Source of the DNA: the human T2T-CHM13v2.0 reference genome, Homo sapiens
Length of the DNA stretch: 64,000 nucleotides
Reading direction: 5' to 3' (one strand)
Assembly: GCF_009914755.1 (NCBI RefSeq)
Contig: NC_060941.1
Part shown: one piece after another, positions 29,443 to 46,421 of the stretch
Position numbering within the stretch: position 1 is the stretch's first letter
How the letters are laid out: every line of letters begins with the position of its first letter
Notes under the pieces: model-generated
Told to the model about the DNA's origin: nothing
The model's database searches: none
The model's input: only the letters and a program-made list of their open reading frames with translations
Program-made: the position numbers and the translations under genes

Positions 29443-30116
29443 GTAAGTACAGGGCGGAGAAGTAATGTGGGTGATCAGGTGGGACTGCAGGGCCTGAGCA
29501 GGGTGGGCAGGACAGCTGGGGCCTAGCTGAGCACCAGCCTCATGTATTTTCCAAACCCTATTTCTTTGTTGGCCTGCTCCTCTTTTAGGCTGAGGAGGAG
29601 GCACAGAATTCTGCAGATCTTTCTTTTTGTTGATGGTCCCAGAGCTACAGGTCTGAAGTCAGGGTCTTCTCTGAGCTAATTAAGTCAGCATTGGGATGAG
29701 GGGAAAGGAGGGCGTAGGACATGGTGGCACAGGTCAGGCAAGCTCTTAGACTCTGTCATAAGAGGACACATCCCAGCCTCAGGATTCGGAGGGATAGAAG
29801 GCTGTCTCCAGAGATAGCAGTGTTGGAAAGAGGATGAGAATCACAGGGACGGGAGGGAGGAGAATCACACCTCACGTTGAAAGTGGCTTTGTAGGGATTG
29901 TTCATGTGCCTCGGGTTTATCTCCATTCTGCAGATGGAAAAAGAGAAGTTCAGAAAGGTGAAGATTCCCTCCCAAGAGAAAGTCTGCTCTCAAACCTCTG
30001 TCTGTGGGGTTCCAGTCCAGGGCCCCTTCCTGGGCTCTGCAGCCAGAGGACCATGGGCCTCAAAGCTTGCCTCAGCTGCTAACTCCACCCTGTTTGCCTC
30101 TGCTCTCTGCTTACAG

Positions 30117-30208
30117 GAACATTACAGAGATGATGACCACAGTGTCGCTGCAAATTGTTGGGATCATTGAACCTATCATCCAGCATGCAGACTGGTTCTT
30201 CCCTGGGG
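30117..30208 (+). CDS. ARHGAP44: ARHGAP44 exon (~15), RhoGAP end: GNITEMMTTVSLQIVGIIEPIIQHADWFFPG
   Basis: Acceptor gcttacag|G, donor GGG|gtaggt; 92 nt, phase 2-1. Confidence 0.96.
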
Positions 30209-30328
30209 GTAGGTGACAGCACCTAGGTGTGGGGGCAAGAGGCAGGGAACAGGAGTATCACTGCGAGTTCTGAGCCTTTGAAGCCAAGTACCACTGCCCA
30301 CAGGCTTTTTTTTTTGATTCCCCTATAA

Positions 30329-30350
30329 ACACACACACACACACACACAC
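30329..30350. repeat. (CA)n microsatellite
   Basis: Direct observation. Confidence 0.9.
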
Positions 30351-30424
30351 GCATGCAGACATGCACAAAGGCACACACGTATCAGGGTGGAGTCATGGCA
30401 GCTTCCTGTTCTGTAATCTCTATA

Positions 30425-30719
30425 TTTTTTGAGATGGAGTTTTGCTCTTGTTGCCCAGGCTGGATTGCAATGGTCCGATCCGGCTCATCGCATCCTCTGC
30501 CTCCTAGGTTCAAGCAATTCTCCTGCCTCACCCCCTCTACCCACTGAGTAGCTGGGATTACAGGCATGCACCACCACGCCCGACTAATTTTGTATTTTTA
30601 GTAGAGACGGGGTTTCTCCATGTCGCTCAGGCTGGTCTTGAACTCCTGACCTCAGGTGATCTGCCTGCCTCATCCTCCCAAAGTGCTGGGATTACAGGCG
30701 TCAGCCACTGTGCCCGGCC
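30425..30719 (-). mobile_element. Alu (S family)
   Basis: Dimer; TSD tgtaatctctat. Confidence 0.9.
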
Positions 30720-32178
30720 TGTAATCTCTATTTCAAGGGACACTCTGGCCTGAAGGTGTCCACTGTCTGTACTAACCATGTCCGTGGATTTTACTGGTCT
30801 AATATCCATACCATAGTTTCTTCAAATCTGCAAATCTTAGAATGCTTGTGCAGGAAGGAAAGATCCTCTGCCCCAAATCCTTCACTTTGTAGATGCAGAG
30901 GGGGAGACAGGTTCCTGAGATGGATGGGGACTTTTATTCAGGACTTGCAGATCACCTGGATGCCTTACAGACCCACCTTTTGCTACCCTAGGTTGTGCCC
31001 TTTGAGTTGTCCCTCAGCATGTGAAGGTGGGGCTCAATCTCAAAGGCAATGAGATTCTTTTTTTTAATGCCTGCTTCAAAATTAGGCTCTGAAGATAACT
31101 TCCTAAGAGGGAGTTTCAGAGATGTTCTGAGCCACAGAAGCCTCACTCCATAAGTAGATGACTCTCAATGGTGACAGCTTTGAAGAGATAGCAGTTGTTA
31201 CACTAAATTCGGCATCTGCTTAAAAACATAATAATTGGTACTGTACCGTATGTTTGGTAGACATTAAGGGAATGCTTTTTGCTGTGCTGCAACAGCTGTT
31301 AAGGCATGTGAGGATAGGTTAGTAATTCTATGCTCTGCCCATTAGAGGTAATCAATTAAATCAATTAATGCTGTTCTAACATTGAAGAAGTTTGATTGTC
31401 TTTCTTTTGCTTCATGTGTTTTAAGGTCGAACTGCTGACTCCCTAAGAGTTGCGTTGATAACAGAGTTGGGTGGGTGTGGGAAATCAAGATAAAGAAATA
31501 AAGGAGGTAGGAGTCAAGACAGTAATCCTATAGGTTCTGCGGCTGAGCTAATTCATTACCACTGCACACAGACAGAATTGTGCAGAGCTAATTTATTCTC
31601 ATTGACTGGGAAAGGATGGGATGAGTACTTCTGTATATCTCTTTGACAGCCAAAAAACAACTTTAATGAAATCTATATTTCTAATATCTTGAATTTATTC
31701 TCTATGGTTTTCCAGAAAGGCAGTGTCATCATCTATAAATATTAATATTGCCTCTTATTTTATTTTCTTGACTAATTCCATTGGCTAGTGTTTCTCAAAT
31801 GGTGTTAAGTAATGGTAGTGGTAGTGAGCATTGCCATTTCTCCTGATTAGTTTAGGACAGCTGTCGGCTTTCAGTCTTAAGCATGAGGTTTTAGAAAGAT
31901 GATTTCATATATTTCAGAAAGTATCCGTTCCTGTTTTTACAAACTTTTTTTTTTTTTCACAAATTGACATTGCTTTATTAAATGCCTATATAGGTGATCA
32001 CATGTGTCCCCCTTTTTGGCCTGTTAATGTGATGCATTATATTAATAAGGTGAACCATGGGATGAAATTTTCTAGGGATGACATACGAGGGAGTGGGTGT
32101 CTGGACTCATTCCTCCCCTGCCCAGGAAGGGTGTGGCAGACCAAGAGTTCACATGTACCAATTCTTTCTTCCCCGCAG

Positions 32179-32359
32179 AGATAGAGTTCAACATTACTGG
32201 CAATTATGGGAGTCCAGTACACGTGAACCATAATGCCAACTACAGCTCAATGCCCTCCCCAGACATGGACCCTGCTGACCGGCGCCAGCCCGAGCAGGCC
32301 CGCCGGCCCCTCAGCGTCGCCACGGATAATATGATGCTGGAGTTTTACAAAAAGGATGG
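32179..32359 (+). CDS. ARHGAP44: ARHGAP44 exon (~16): EIEFNITGNYGSPVHVNHNANYSSMPSPDMD...MLEFYKKD
   Basis: Acceptor ccccgcag|AG, donor TGG|gtatga; 181 nt, phase 1-2. Confidence 0.95.
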
Positions 32360-33711
32360 GTATGAACTGGTGTCTCTTTCTCAGCACTGGGGATTAGGGG
32401 AGGTGGTGGGGGTGGATGGGTGACGCATAAGAAAAATACAATTACGGGAAGGCTGCACTGACTCTCAGCAGTTTAGGTGACTCGTAGCAATTAAACTGTA
32501 TCTGCTGTGTCTGGGATGAGTTTCTTTGGCTTGCCGCCCTTTAGACCAGAGGTCAGTGTAGCCTTCTTAGCTGACACAGTTGTGATCAGTATTAATTAGT
32601 TCTCATCAAAAGAAAGAAAAAGTAGTCACTGAGTGCAATTAAAAAAAATACATACGCACTTTATTTGTAATCAAAATGTATACAAGTAGATCAATTCCAG
32701 AATTTGTAGTGGCTTTACTTTGATTATGAATGGGCTCATTGCATTCTTCAGAAGCATCCTGGCACAAACAATACCTTTAATGTACAGTTTAACGTTCCCA
32801 GTTTCAGCCTAAAACTTGAAACAGCCTGAGCGTAAAATCCTTCTAGGTTTTTAAGATGTTTTCCTATCTTTTATTATTAACATCCATAACTACTTCAATG
32901 CAGTTATTAAGAGGCTTGTAAGTACATTCAATTTAGTTTGCTCAGCAACAACCCTGTCCACACTCATGTTAAATTAGTTTATATAATATTGAACTACATA
33001 ATGATTCCCATAGCAAGTAAGATGGGCATAAACAGGTTTCGTAACAAGCACAGCTGACTCACGGTGAGCACCGGCTCAGCCATGGCAACCAGAGGACGTG
33101 GACTAATGAGCGTGTTCAGCAAGCTGCAGGCATCCACGAATACCTCTTACAGGAGGGGATCGTCTTGGTTGGTCAGGCAAGTCAGTTCAGTGAACTTTGG
33201 TTAGAAATTAAAAATTACTACTGTAAAATAAAATGTAGCAAGTGCTCCTTTAGGATAGATGAGAGCATAAAGCATTGAATGGGAGTATCGGAAATGCAGA
33301 CAACAGGAAGTAACCTAGCTAGAACCTTCCCCTTTCCGGACAGACCACTGGGCAGCCAGAAAGATATGCTTGAAAAGGCCCATGGCCTAAAGCGGTGCAG
33401 GAGGGAAGGTTGAAAATCCAAGAACTGTTAGAGGTGTGTGAATCTTACTTTTCACCCCACTTCTTTCTGAATGGGAGTTGGTATTGGAGAACTAAAGTTG
33501 GCAGAGGAGACCTAGGCTTGTTTCCTGGGATGACGGTCAAGCTTTCACAATGGCCAGTATCTCTTCTTTGTTACTTCACCTATCAGAGACAATTTGTATG
33601 TGGCAGATGGGAGTTGTTTGTGTGCGCTATGCTGGTGTTTATTGTTCTCCACTTAGTGGAGAAAGAAAAAAAAAGGAAATTCTTAGAAATTCAAATGAGT
33701 ATGAAAAAATG

Positions 33712-34341
<630 letters not shown>

Positions 34342-34901
34342 TAATCTATAAAAAAGAACATACTTAGAATCTGCGAGTCAGAGACAGAGAAAACTAGACA
34401 GTGCATTGGAACTTGTTTTTAAATCTTATTAACGCAGTTCCTATGTGAAATCTCTGTAAGCTGAAGGGATGCTCCTGAGGGTAAATTCTGGTCCTGGTTG
34501 GGTGATACAGCACTCCTGATATTCCTTCCCAGGTGTTTCTACCCCAAAGTGTGCCCCTCCATCCCTCCTCCATCCTCTCTGCCAGATCTGGTTTGATTCC
34601 AGTGCCTCCTGGGCGCACTCCAAATGGCCTCTGAGAGAGAGTTACCACTGCAGATGCATTGGAGTACTCAGAGTTCACTGGCCCACTATCTGCAGGCAGA
34701 TGCAGAAGCTTGAGCAATATCTTGAGCAGATACCTTATCTCTGATAAAGCTCTCCTGCTTAAGAATTTTCTAAATGATATGTCCACTCTGTATACTATTC
34801 TTATTTGAAGTTGAAACTGCCACCATCTACTTTAAGAGTATAGGAAATTTATTACATAATGTATTGTTGTACATAAAATAAATGTTTCAAAATGTGTATT
34901 A

Positions 34902-35234
<333 letters not shown>

Positions 35235-35841
35235 TTAGGGTGGCTCTCCCTGAGTTGTCTGAGGTAGAGCATCTGTGCGTACGTTTTAAGGAAGTGTAGT
35301 GAATTGTAGAAGATCAGTTCTTACCTGACCTTAAAGAGTGGGTGTTTTTGGAGAGAGGAGAGAAATTTGCATCTCTTGAGTCCCTATGTTATCTTAGTAA
35401 CATTAGGCCAGTTCTCTATATTGGCCCCATTTCTGATCTTTTGAAATCTATGAGATACATTTTAAAGTCTTCACACTGCTCATTGAAACCCTGACAAATT
35501 AAAGCTCATGTTATTGAAGGTTTTTGGCCAAGTTAAAAAAAAATATATATATATATGAATTATATATCAATAAAGCAGATACTTATTTAAAAAGAAGAAA
35601 ATTGAGGGGCAGAAAAACTGGGTAAAATTGCAAAGAAATGGTAAGTTACCGATTTGTGTCAGTGACACTTTCCTAGGCTGATGGCTGTTATGTCCTAGAT
35701 GTCATACAAAGCTTCTTACTTCCCTCGCGACTCTGGGCTTTGGTCCTGATGCCTTTCTGATTTGAAATGATGCAGGAAGCTGGGTTTCTTTAGCAGGGCT
35801 TGGTGACCAGTTCAGGAGCTTACATATACATTTTTCATCAT

Positions 35842-36600
<759 letters not shown>

Positions 36601-36639
36601 CATCCACTGCAGCTCCACACCAAGAGCTTTGATAAAGAT

Positions 36640-37275
36640 GGCAGCAGATGCTTTGCTTGTCCTCCCAGGGAGTGTTGGAATCTGATTGCTTTCCCTTCGA
36701 GTCTGAGTTGCTCTAGTGAGTTACTTGACCTAGTAGGATGTGGGAGAGGTGATGTTCTGGGACTGCTGAGGCCAGGTCAGAAGAAGCCTTGTAGATTCTT
36801 CCTGGGTCTCTGGAGACAGTCACTCTTGGAGCCCAGTACCATCCTACATGGAAATCCAAGCAGCTCCTTGGAGAGAAATGGAAGTCCCCAGCCCTCAAGC
36901 CCAGCTGAGCACTGTCCTGACAGCCAGCACAGCTCCAAGCTCTGAGAAGGAGTCATTCTGGAGTCTTCAACCCAAGTCAGACCACCTCTGCCAATGCTGT
37001 GTGTGCAGACAGGCCAGCCTTGCATCAATGCTGTGTGTGCAGACAGGCCGGCCTTGCACCAATGCTGTGTGTGCAGACAGGCTGGCTTTGCACCAATGCT
37101 GTGTGTGTAGACAGGTCGGCCTTGCACCAGTGCCGTGTGAGCAGACAGGCCGGCCATGCACCAGTGCCGTGTGTGCAGACAGGCCGGCCTTGCGAAGCCC
37201 TGCCAGAACTCTAGATTGGTGACCCAGATAACCATGCTAAGTTTTAGGGTAGTTTGTTACATAACAAAGAGCCAG
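36640..37275. mobile_element. Second MLT1-like LTR hosting the 34-bp minisatellite
   Basis: aggccaggtcagaagaagccttgtag...ctaagttttagggtagtttgttac end motif. Confidence 0.55.
36991..37193. repeat. Minisatellite, 6 x 34 bp (CCAATGCTGTGTGTGCAGACAGGCCGGCCTTGCA)
   Basis: Units start at 36991, 37025, 37059, 37093, 37127 and 37161; head-to-tail with no spacers. Confidence 0.95.
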
Positions 37276-37860
37276 AACAAGCTTAAAAAAAAAAATCCTT
37301 CAACCTGTCCCAAATCTACCCATCTGATTTAAATGGCCTGGCCTGGGATAAGTATGTGATTCTAATGTGCTGGGGTTGGGAACTACTGAATAATTTTGCC
37401 ACTCTGAATGAAGAATTTGGCAATGCTACATTTTTTTTAATTTATCAAAACTTTCCTACTTTAGCCATTGAGTATTGGTGTGATATATAGGGTGTCCTAA
37501 CTCCACCAACACTCTGAGCAACAAAGTATTAAATAAATCACACTATTGTTTTCTGTACTTTTTAAGCTCTTTCTTAGAAAGTTTTGGGTGCAGATTATGT
37601 TTTTAGTGTCTTTTTTGTTTGGGTTGTTTTACTGTTTTATAGAATAGTGAAATTTGTGTGTTAGGTCATTAGTCCTAAATAATAAATGAAAGTAAATCTA
37701 CAGTCCCTTCTATTTCTCTGACAGTGCCAGACTTCCTGGTCAAATCAATTTTTTTTTCTACTGCCTTCAGAAGAGTTTGCCAAAGTGTCTGCACTCTTGC
37801 TGGTTGGTCAGGGAGCACCCATGGAGCCAGCATTGGGCTTTGGACTCCAAGCATTTGTCA

Positions 37861-38431
<571 letters not shown>

Positions 38432-39332
38432 TCAGTACCTTCCTCCCTACTGCCTCTTTTCTTTCTTCTGGCTCTGGCCCCTGCTCCCTGCACTTGCCTG
38501 CTGGCTTGTCCATCTGTTCTGTTGCCCCTGCTTAGTTCTAGCCTCTCGTAGCCTGAAACCCACGGATGTCAAGGCCCTGACAGCATCTATGAAGCTGCCC
38601 CACAGACCCCATCAAAACGTCCTTGGATCCCGATGGGCCGGCGATCTGCCACGGAGATCCAGCTACCTCAGGCCGTGATTCTCAGAAGACCAACATACAG
38701 CTCCTCTTTGCAGGCCTGAAACCCGACGCACCTACTGTCATTACACTTGCTCCACCGTGGTCTGATCCTCAGGGGTTCTCTACCAGAGCCAGGTGACAGC
38801 AACCCGAATGGTCTATGGGATATTTACATCAGGGCCAGCAGCCTCCCTTGAGCTCTGTTTAGTGGGTGACCCATTCTCAACCTGTGCTTGAGAGCTGCAC
38901 TGCAAAGGGCTTGTCCCACCCCTGTGGACTTTAATCTAGATGTTCAGTAATTTGGAAAAGGCACACTTGATTGAGAGGGTTCTAGAATAATTCGAACTGT
39001 GCCCTATGGTATACCAGTTTCCACTGGTAGTTGGTTATATTATGAATGGGGAGGAGGGTGGACTCTGATGTCTAATAAGTTCCTGAAGCACATGATCAAC
39101 ACATTGAAACCAGTTTCTTTAGTGTATGACTTCTTAGAGTCTTTAACATGCTGTTACAAGGCACAGACCTCCACAGGGGGCTGTAGCATGTATCATTTCC
39201 CAAATTTAGTATATCACAACACCTGAGATAAATTGAACCAGTGCCCCAAGGGACTTGTTTTTGTAATTGCAGATGTGGATGTCCTCTGTAGATCCTGTGG
39301 TGGAGGGTTGAACAGCACATTAAAATCCCTGA

Positions 39333-39634
39333 GGCCAGGTGCAGTGACTCACACCTGTAATCCCAGCACTATGGGAGGCTGAGGCAGGAGGACTGCTTGA
39401 GGCCAGGAGCTCAAGACCAATCTGAGCAACCCAGTGAGACATCATCTATACAAACAATTTTTAAAAATTAGCCAGGCATGGTGGCACACACCTATAGTCC
39501 CAGCTTAGTCAGAAGGCTGAGACGGGTGAACCCCTTGAGCCTGGGAGGTGGAGGCTGTAGAGAGCTGTGATAGTGTCACTGCACTCCAGCATGGATGACA
39601 TAGTGACACGCTGTCTCAAAAAAAAAAAAAAAAA
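39333..39634 (+). mobile_element. Alu (J-like)
   Basis: Diverged dimer. Confidence 0.9.
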
Positions 39635-40702
39635 TCCTTGAAAGAGATTATGTCATGGATAAGTGATGCAGTAATTTTACTTCAGAGCTTGAACCTATGA
39701 TAAGACAAACTTACCTAGAAAGTCTTCTGCGTATGGATGGAAAATGTGACTCCTATTTTGGTTTAGGGTTGTCTACATGGAGAGGGATGTTTTGGTCCAG
39801 GCCCCTTATCAGCCTCCTCCCCTGGACTTAGACATTGTTGGATGCTGGGACCAAGTCTGAAATGTTGTCAGAGGACTTGGCCTTTATGTGTACTGGAGAG
39901 GTTAAGGTGCTTCGTCGCTACTTACTGAAGAGAGGAGTTACTTCCAGAAAAGCTGGAAAATACCGAATTCAGGCCTCACTGGGTGTGTGTAGGCCAGGCT
40001 AAGTCTTAGGAGCTTTGGGTCCCCTTTTCACTCACCTTTGCTGTCCGGGACATCATCTGCTGACCCTGTGGCTCCCTGCCACAGTTCATCTTACAGTCCC
40101 TGAATGTGCACGCCTACAGTGGGTGTTTGGGAAGCTTCTGTGGATATTTGGGAAGCTACCAGGTTTCCCTGCCCCCTCTTTCTTGGCTGGCCTTTGCCAA
40201 ATGTAACTGATCTCTAGAACAAAAACCAAAACCTTCCAAATCTCTATAGACTTGAACACTTCACAGCCATGTATTGGCTGACACCTCCCCTGGCTAGGAT
40301 TCTTCCTGACCAGGAGTCAAAAACAGCACTGCAGATGTCTGATCTTCAGAGGTCCGTTCTGCTAACCCCAGACAACTCAGCTAGAATGGTCCACAGCAAA
40401 ATTCTGCCCGGTGATAAGTGTATTCTACCTATAGATACCTATTCTTCTTGGAGCTGGGATCTTCCAAATTTTATATTTTGGCTTTTTTTTCTCCTTTTTT
40501 CTCCCCCTCTTCTTCCTTCTCCTCCTCCTTCCCCTGCCCCAACCCCAGCACCCTTCTTCCTCATTTTTTTTTTTTTGTTTTGCTGGGGCAGGTCTTTGTT
40601 TCTCTTTAATTTTTGTAAGGTCTCCATCCAGGGTGTGTCAATGCCTGGACACTGGCCAGGGTTAAACTTCGGGGTGTGAATCAGAAGATCCTGATCCACA
40701 AC

Positions 40703-40828
40703 TCTTTTTGCTTTTTTTTTTTTTTTTTTTTTTTTTTCCTGAGATACAGTCTTGCTCTGTTGCCCAGGCTGGTCTCAAACTCCTGGGCTCAATGATCCTC
40801 CCACCTCAGCCTCCCAAATAGCATGGCC
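40703..40828 (-). mobile_element. Alu monomer (FLAM-like)
   Basis: Poly(T) plus single arm. Confidence 0.8.
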
Positions 40829-41359
40829 CATAACTTTTAGTGGGCAGATACACAATAGAATATTGTACACTGTGGTTGCAATGTCTGGAACTGAATTTGT
40901 CCACGCTCCCCTCCTGCCTCAATTCCTCAACAAAGACAGGCTTATTCTGAACCCTGCCATCATGGAGTGCCCGGGAAGGCATTTTTCTCACATGGTTTCC
41001 TTGCTTGCCCCATCACAATACCAGTGACCTTCTCACTTCGAGTAAAAGGAATGACCCATTTTCTAAGTTCAGGGGGCTTAGAAGTGAGCAGACAACATCT
41101 TCTACTGGTTTACCCTTAGCTGCTCTAGGTGATCGCTGAGCACCTCCTCACCAACACATCACTTCATTGCTTCCCTCTTGAACCCTGAGCCGTCGTTCCA
41201 CTGGTCCTGGGCCTAATCCTCTCCCTGTATGGTCTACCAGGTTGCAGACTTTAAAAGAAGCATGCCATTTCATCTCCAGCATCAACGAGCCATTTATAGT
41301 TCTTCTCTTTCTACTTCTCCCTGCTTACACGGTGTGAAAGTCATAACCCTATAAATAGC

Positions 41360-41560
41360 CCTGCATGCAGAGTCTTGAGCTTTGGAATCAGGCTCCCTCT
41401 GAGTTCAAATCCTGGTTACTGAACTCTGAATGCCTCAGTTTCTTCATATGCAAAATGGGGAAATCATGGTAAGCACCGACTTGAATCATTCTGAGCATTG
41501 AACGAAATATTGCTTACAAAGTGTTTAGAGCAAAGCTCAGCACATGGTAAATGTTAGCTG
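41360..41560 (+). mobile_element. MIR
   Basis: gagttcaaatcctgg...tgcctcagtttcttcatatgcaaaatgggg...cagcacatggtaa. Confidence 0.7.
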
Positions 41561-42037
41561 TTCTTAGTACAGGAACCAGATTTTTGAGTGACATCCTCAT
41601 GTTTTTAAGGGGGCAACGTGGCGGGGCCCACTTTCCCACTGATGAGGCGTCCCGATCCAGCCCTTTCCTTGCCACCTCGGGTGCTTGAATGTTTTTATCT
41701 GTCTCCACCTTACCACGAGCAATTGAGCTAATTCTACAAGCAAGAGATATACAAACACCAAGGGCTTCGTGACAAAGCACGAAATATCCTAACAGCCAAG
41801 GACAGCTGACGGTTGCAGGAGGCTCCCCAGGACGTGGAAAACCCTGTGTAAGCAGGAAGTGCTGTGACCATTCCAGGCTGAGCCTCCTGCGCCCTAGTGT
41901 ATTTTGTTTTCCAAAGAACCTTTCAGACAAGATGACCCTTCTGACTCCTGCCTCCTTTACTGCCCCAATGACCTGGGTTGGGCAGTAAGACTTAGAAGGG
42001 TTTGCAGGCATCCCCTCTTTATTTGTTTGTTCCTTAA

Positions 42038-42530
<493 letters not shown>

Positions 42531-43630
42531 TCCCTGTCTATTTCTATCAGAGAACTCACCCCAAAATCTTTTGATGTTTAGGGTCACTGTTAGGAAGGGA
42601 AGAAATCTGATGAGAAACCTGATAAACCCAGGTGACATGGGCCAGATGGGGTCTTCCTAGCATCTCTATCATGCTGTGCCTGATGTCAGCAGTAGAGTAT
42701 CCTTTTCCCCCCTTTATCAACATATTTTAGACCTGCGTTCATTCTCTTTCTTTCTCTGAGGAGATTTTCAAAAACAAGTCATATGCGCTTGGCACCTATA
42801 AGCACAAAGCATTCTCATTGACACTACATCTTACTGATTTCTTAGTAAGAGCTAAGGGCTTTATGGCCACAGTTTCATTGGCTCCTTACAACAAATCGAA
42901 GGAAGAGAAGCATATTATTCCATTTTACAAAGGATGATTCGAGGATAATCAGATAGAACTCCTCCATATTATAGAGTTAGTCATTGGAAAATCTAGGATT
43001 CATACCCAAATTCTCTGCTTTCAAAGCCCTGCTGTCCTGAGCTGGAGAGGCTGTGGAGTCACCACGTTATACCCAAAAAACACAAGCCAGATACTAGGCC
43101 TTTATATTCCGTCCATCAAGGTGTTGTCTGATGCTCTGCATCTCCAGCTTGTCCACATCATAAAACACCATTGGCTTAGCTAGCTAGACCCTACTACAAC
43201 CCACTGTATGACCGCTCAGCTTCTGCCACCAGGTCATGGTGCAAGGACATGCTAAATACATCTCAGCACTCAATAATTGATAAACTATCTTCATGGAAAT
43301 GCCGGAAACAGGAAGGGAGGTATTAGCTCCATTCTATGGGTGAAGAGAGAGCTCTACTGAGTCAGCAAATGGTTAACTGGGACTAGAGGCCTGGGTCGTT
43401 CTAGAACCTATTCCATGATACCATCTCATGAAAAATACCCACGTTTCCATTATGATAAATCCTATGCAAATATAAGATGCTGGCAGGCAGGGAAGATTGT
43501 TCTTCAGTGGGTCTACCTTGCCAAAATGAGGACTTATCACCTGACTCCCATCCTGTGCATCTCAATGATGAGCAGTGTCAATTCTGGATTCCCTGCCCCT
43601 TGTCTTCTTACTCTGAGAGAGAGCAGTGGT

Positions 43631-43827
43631 CCAGCCTGGGTAACATGGTGAAACTCATCTCTAAAAAAATTATGAAAATTAGCCAGATGTGGTGGCATGT
43701 GCCTGTATTCCAAGCTACTCAGGAGGCTGAGATGAGAAGATCACTTGAACCCGAGAAGTTGGGGCTGCAGTGAGCCATGATTATGTCACTGCAGTCCAGC
43801 CTGGGCGACAGAGCAAGACCCTGTCTC

Positions 43828-43858
<31 letters not shown>

Positions 43859-43880
43859 AGAGAAGAGAAAAGAAAAAAGA
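43631..43880 (+). mobile_element. 5'-truncated Alu (J-like)
   Basis: Starts at ccagcctgggtaacatgg; long A tail. Confidence 0.85.
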
Positions 43881-45787
43881 AGCAGTGGAGAGAATCACCT
43901 CAGGTTCCACTCCCCAGATTCTGTAGGCTCCCTACCTCCTGCTTAGTGATTTCTAAGCCCTTTGCTTCACATAGATTCTTGCTGGCCTCTGACTTCTTGC
44001 TTTCACCTTGATTCAACTATAAAGGGATCTAAAAGCCAAATTGTTTTCAGTTTTCAGCAGAAGCCTGGGAAATCTTTGCCATCTAGATTGTCCTTAGGTA
44101 TCCATGCAGGGATGTCTGCTGGAGTCAGATATGTTTTATTAATTCCACTTCTTTATTGCTCCTTTCTTAAGAAACAGCAGCAGTGCCTTGATTCCAGCTA
44201 CTGTTTCTTTATGCAATAAAACAATGAACAGAAGCTTGTGAACTGCTGATATAACCTTCTAGTTGGATCCCCGATCTGTGAATAGATTCCCCTTCTTGGC
44301 AGCATACTGAGCAATTTTATTATTTCTGTCTTCAGGTTGAGTTTTATCTAGACATTTGAACATTTACATATACCATCTTGCTTTGGAAGGTAAATGCACT
44401 TTTAGGCTTCCAACAGCATTGCTGCTGCCGTTGTGATTGATTTACTGTGTAAAGATTTATATTACTGTTTGAAAATGTCAGTGAACATTTGATGTGAATT
44501 CACAGTGGAACATGTGATGCTCCCTCTTATGAGAAAGTCATTTCAGCTGGGAAAGTCGTGATTGCATATGGCACTGTAGCCTCTTTACAAGAGGAGAAGT
44601 AGCACGTTGAACCCATATTTCTCAGTTGCCGAAGTTTGCCAGTGTTATTTAGCAAGTCTCGCCCAGTACCTACCCCATGCCCAAGCTGACACCTTCCCTT
44701 GGTAAACCAGAAGATCACCAAGGAGGCTGGTGTCTGAGATTCCTGATGCTAGAAGGTACTGTTGGGGAAATAGAAGGCATCCCCCACCAGCTTTGGCCCA
44801 GACCTTCTCACCAGGTGGGAAAGCCTTTTTCAAGTAGAAGAGAAAGGGGCAAGGAAGAGAAGGTGGGGTAGGACTTAGATTTTTAGGACTCCTTGTGCTG
44901 GTCACCATGTGAAACATCTCACATGCCCGAAATCCTCACCAACCATTGCAACTAAGTGGTATCAGTTCCGTTCCCTAAGAGGAATGTTAAGCTCTTTGTT
45001 CTTTTCATCCTGATACATTCTGAAGCCTGCAGACCACAGTTCGATGATCTTCGGCAGCCCGCTGTAAATACCAGGGGATGTAACCAGACTGTGTCCCAGA
45101 GTTTCAAGTGGCCTCCAAAAGCATTTCTGGGTATCGTATAGGAAGTGTTTGTTTATTGGTAGAAGGTTCTCAGACCCCAGATGACTTTGGAAACTATTGG
45201 GTCCAGGAAAGAGACATCCCTCCCCTTTCCCTCCATCCCTGGTGCCTCCTTGAAGCCATCCAGCGGAGATGAGAAATACCAGCAATCGTACTAGACATGA
45301 GAAGGCCTCTGGTGATGGAAGGAAGGGGATCAGGAAGCCCTCCCATGCCAGTGTGTGCTTGGTTTCAGCATCACTCCCCATATTTCCTTAAAACAGCTAA
45401 ATCCCACCATCCCACCTTCTGCAACCAAATCTCCATACTTGAACTTTTTCTGTTATTAAATCTTGCTGTACCTCTACAAGGTAAATATGACCTTTCTAGG
45501 TGAGCAGGATTTCATGGTGTAATAGTTTTGTGCTTCTGACTAGTGTAGGTGACCATTTGGCAGGGAGGAGGTGAAAGTGAGCACATCATAGTCCTCATAC
45601 ACCTATCTCTCTGTGCAGATACGTGATAGAGACAAATGCTGGTTGGGAGTATATGTTTTCTCCCTGAATGAATGAATGTTTCTCCCTTAATGCTAGAAAT
45701 GTGAGCCCTTACCTTAGTCAATGAGTCAATGAAACCTTGGCTGAGATGACAGCAGCAGTACCTCCTAGACCAGAGGAAAGGGAACTA

Positions 45788-46421
<634 letters not shown>

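Noticed and set aside
36991-37193. 34-bp palindromic repeats as a CRISPR array
   Set aside because: Units are directly adjacent with no unique spacers, there are no cas genes, and the context is a primate intron: it is a minisatellite.
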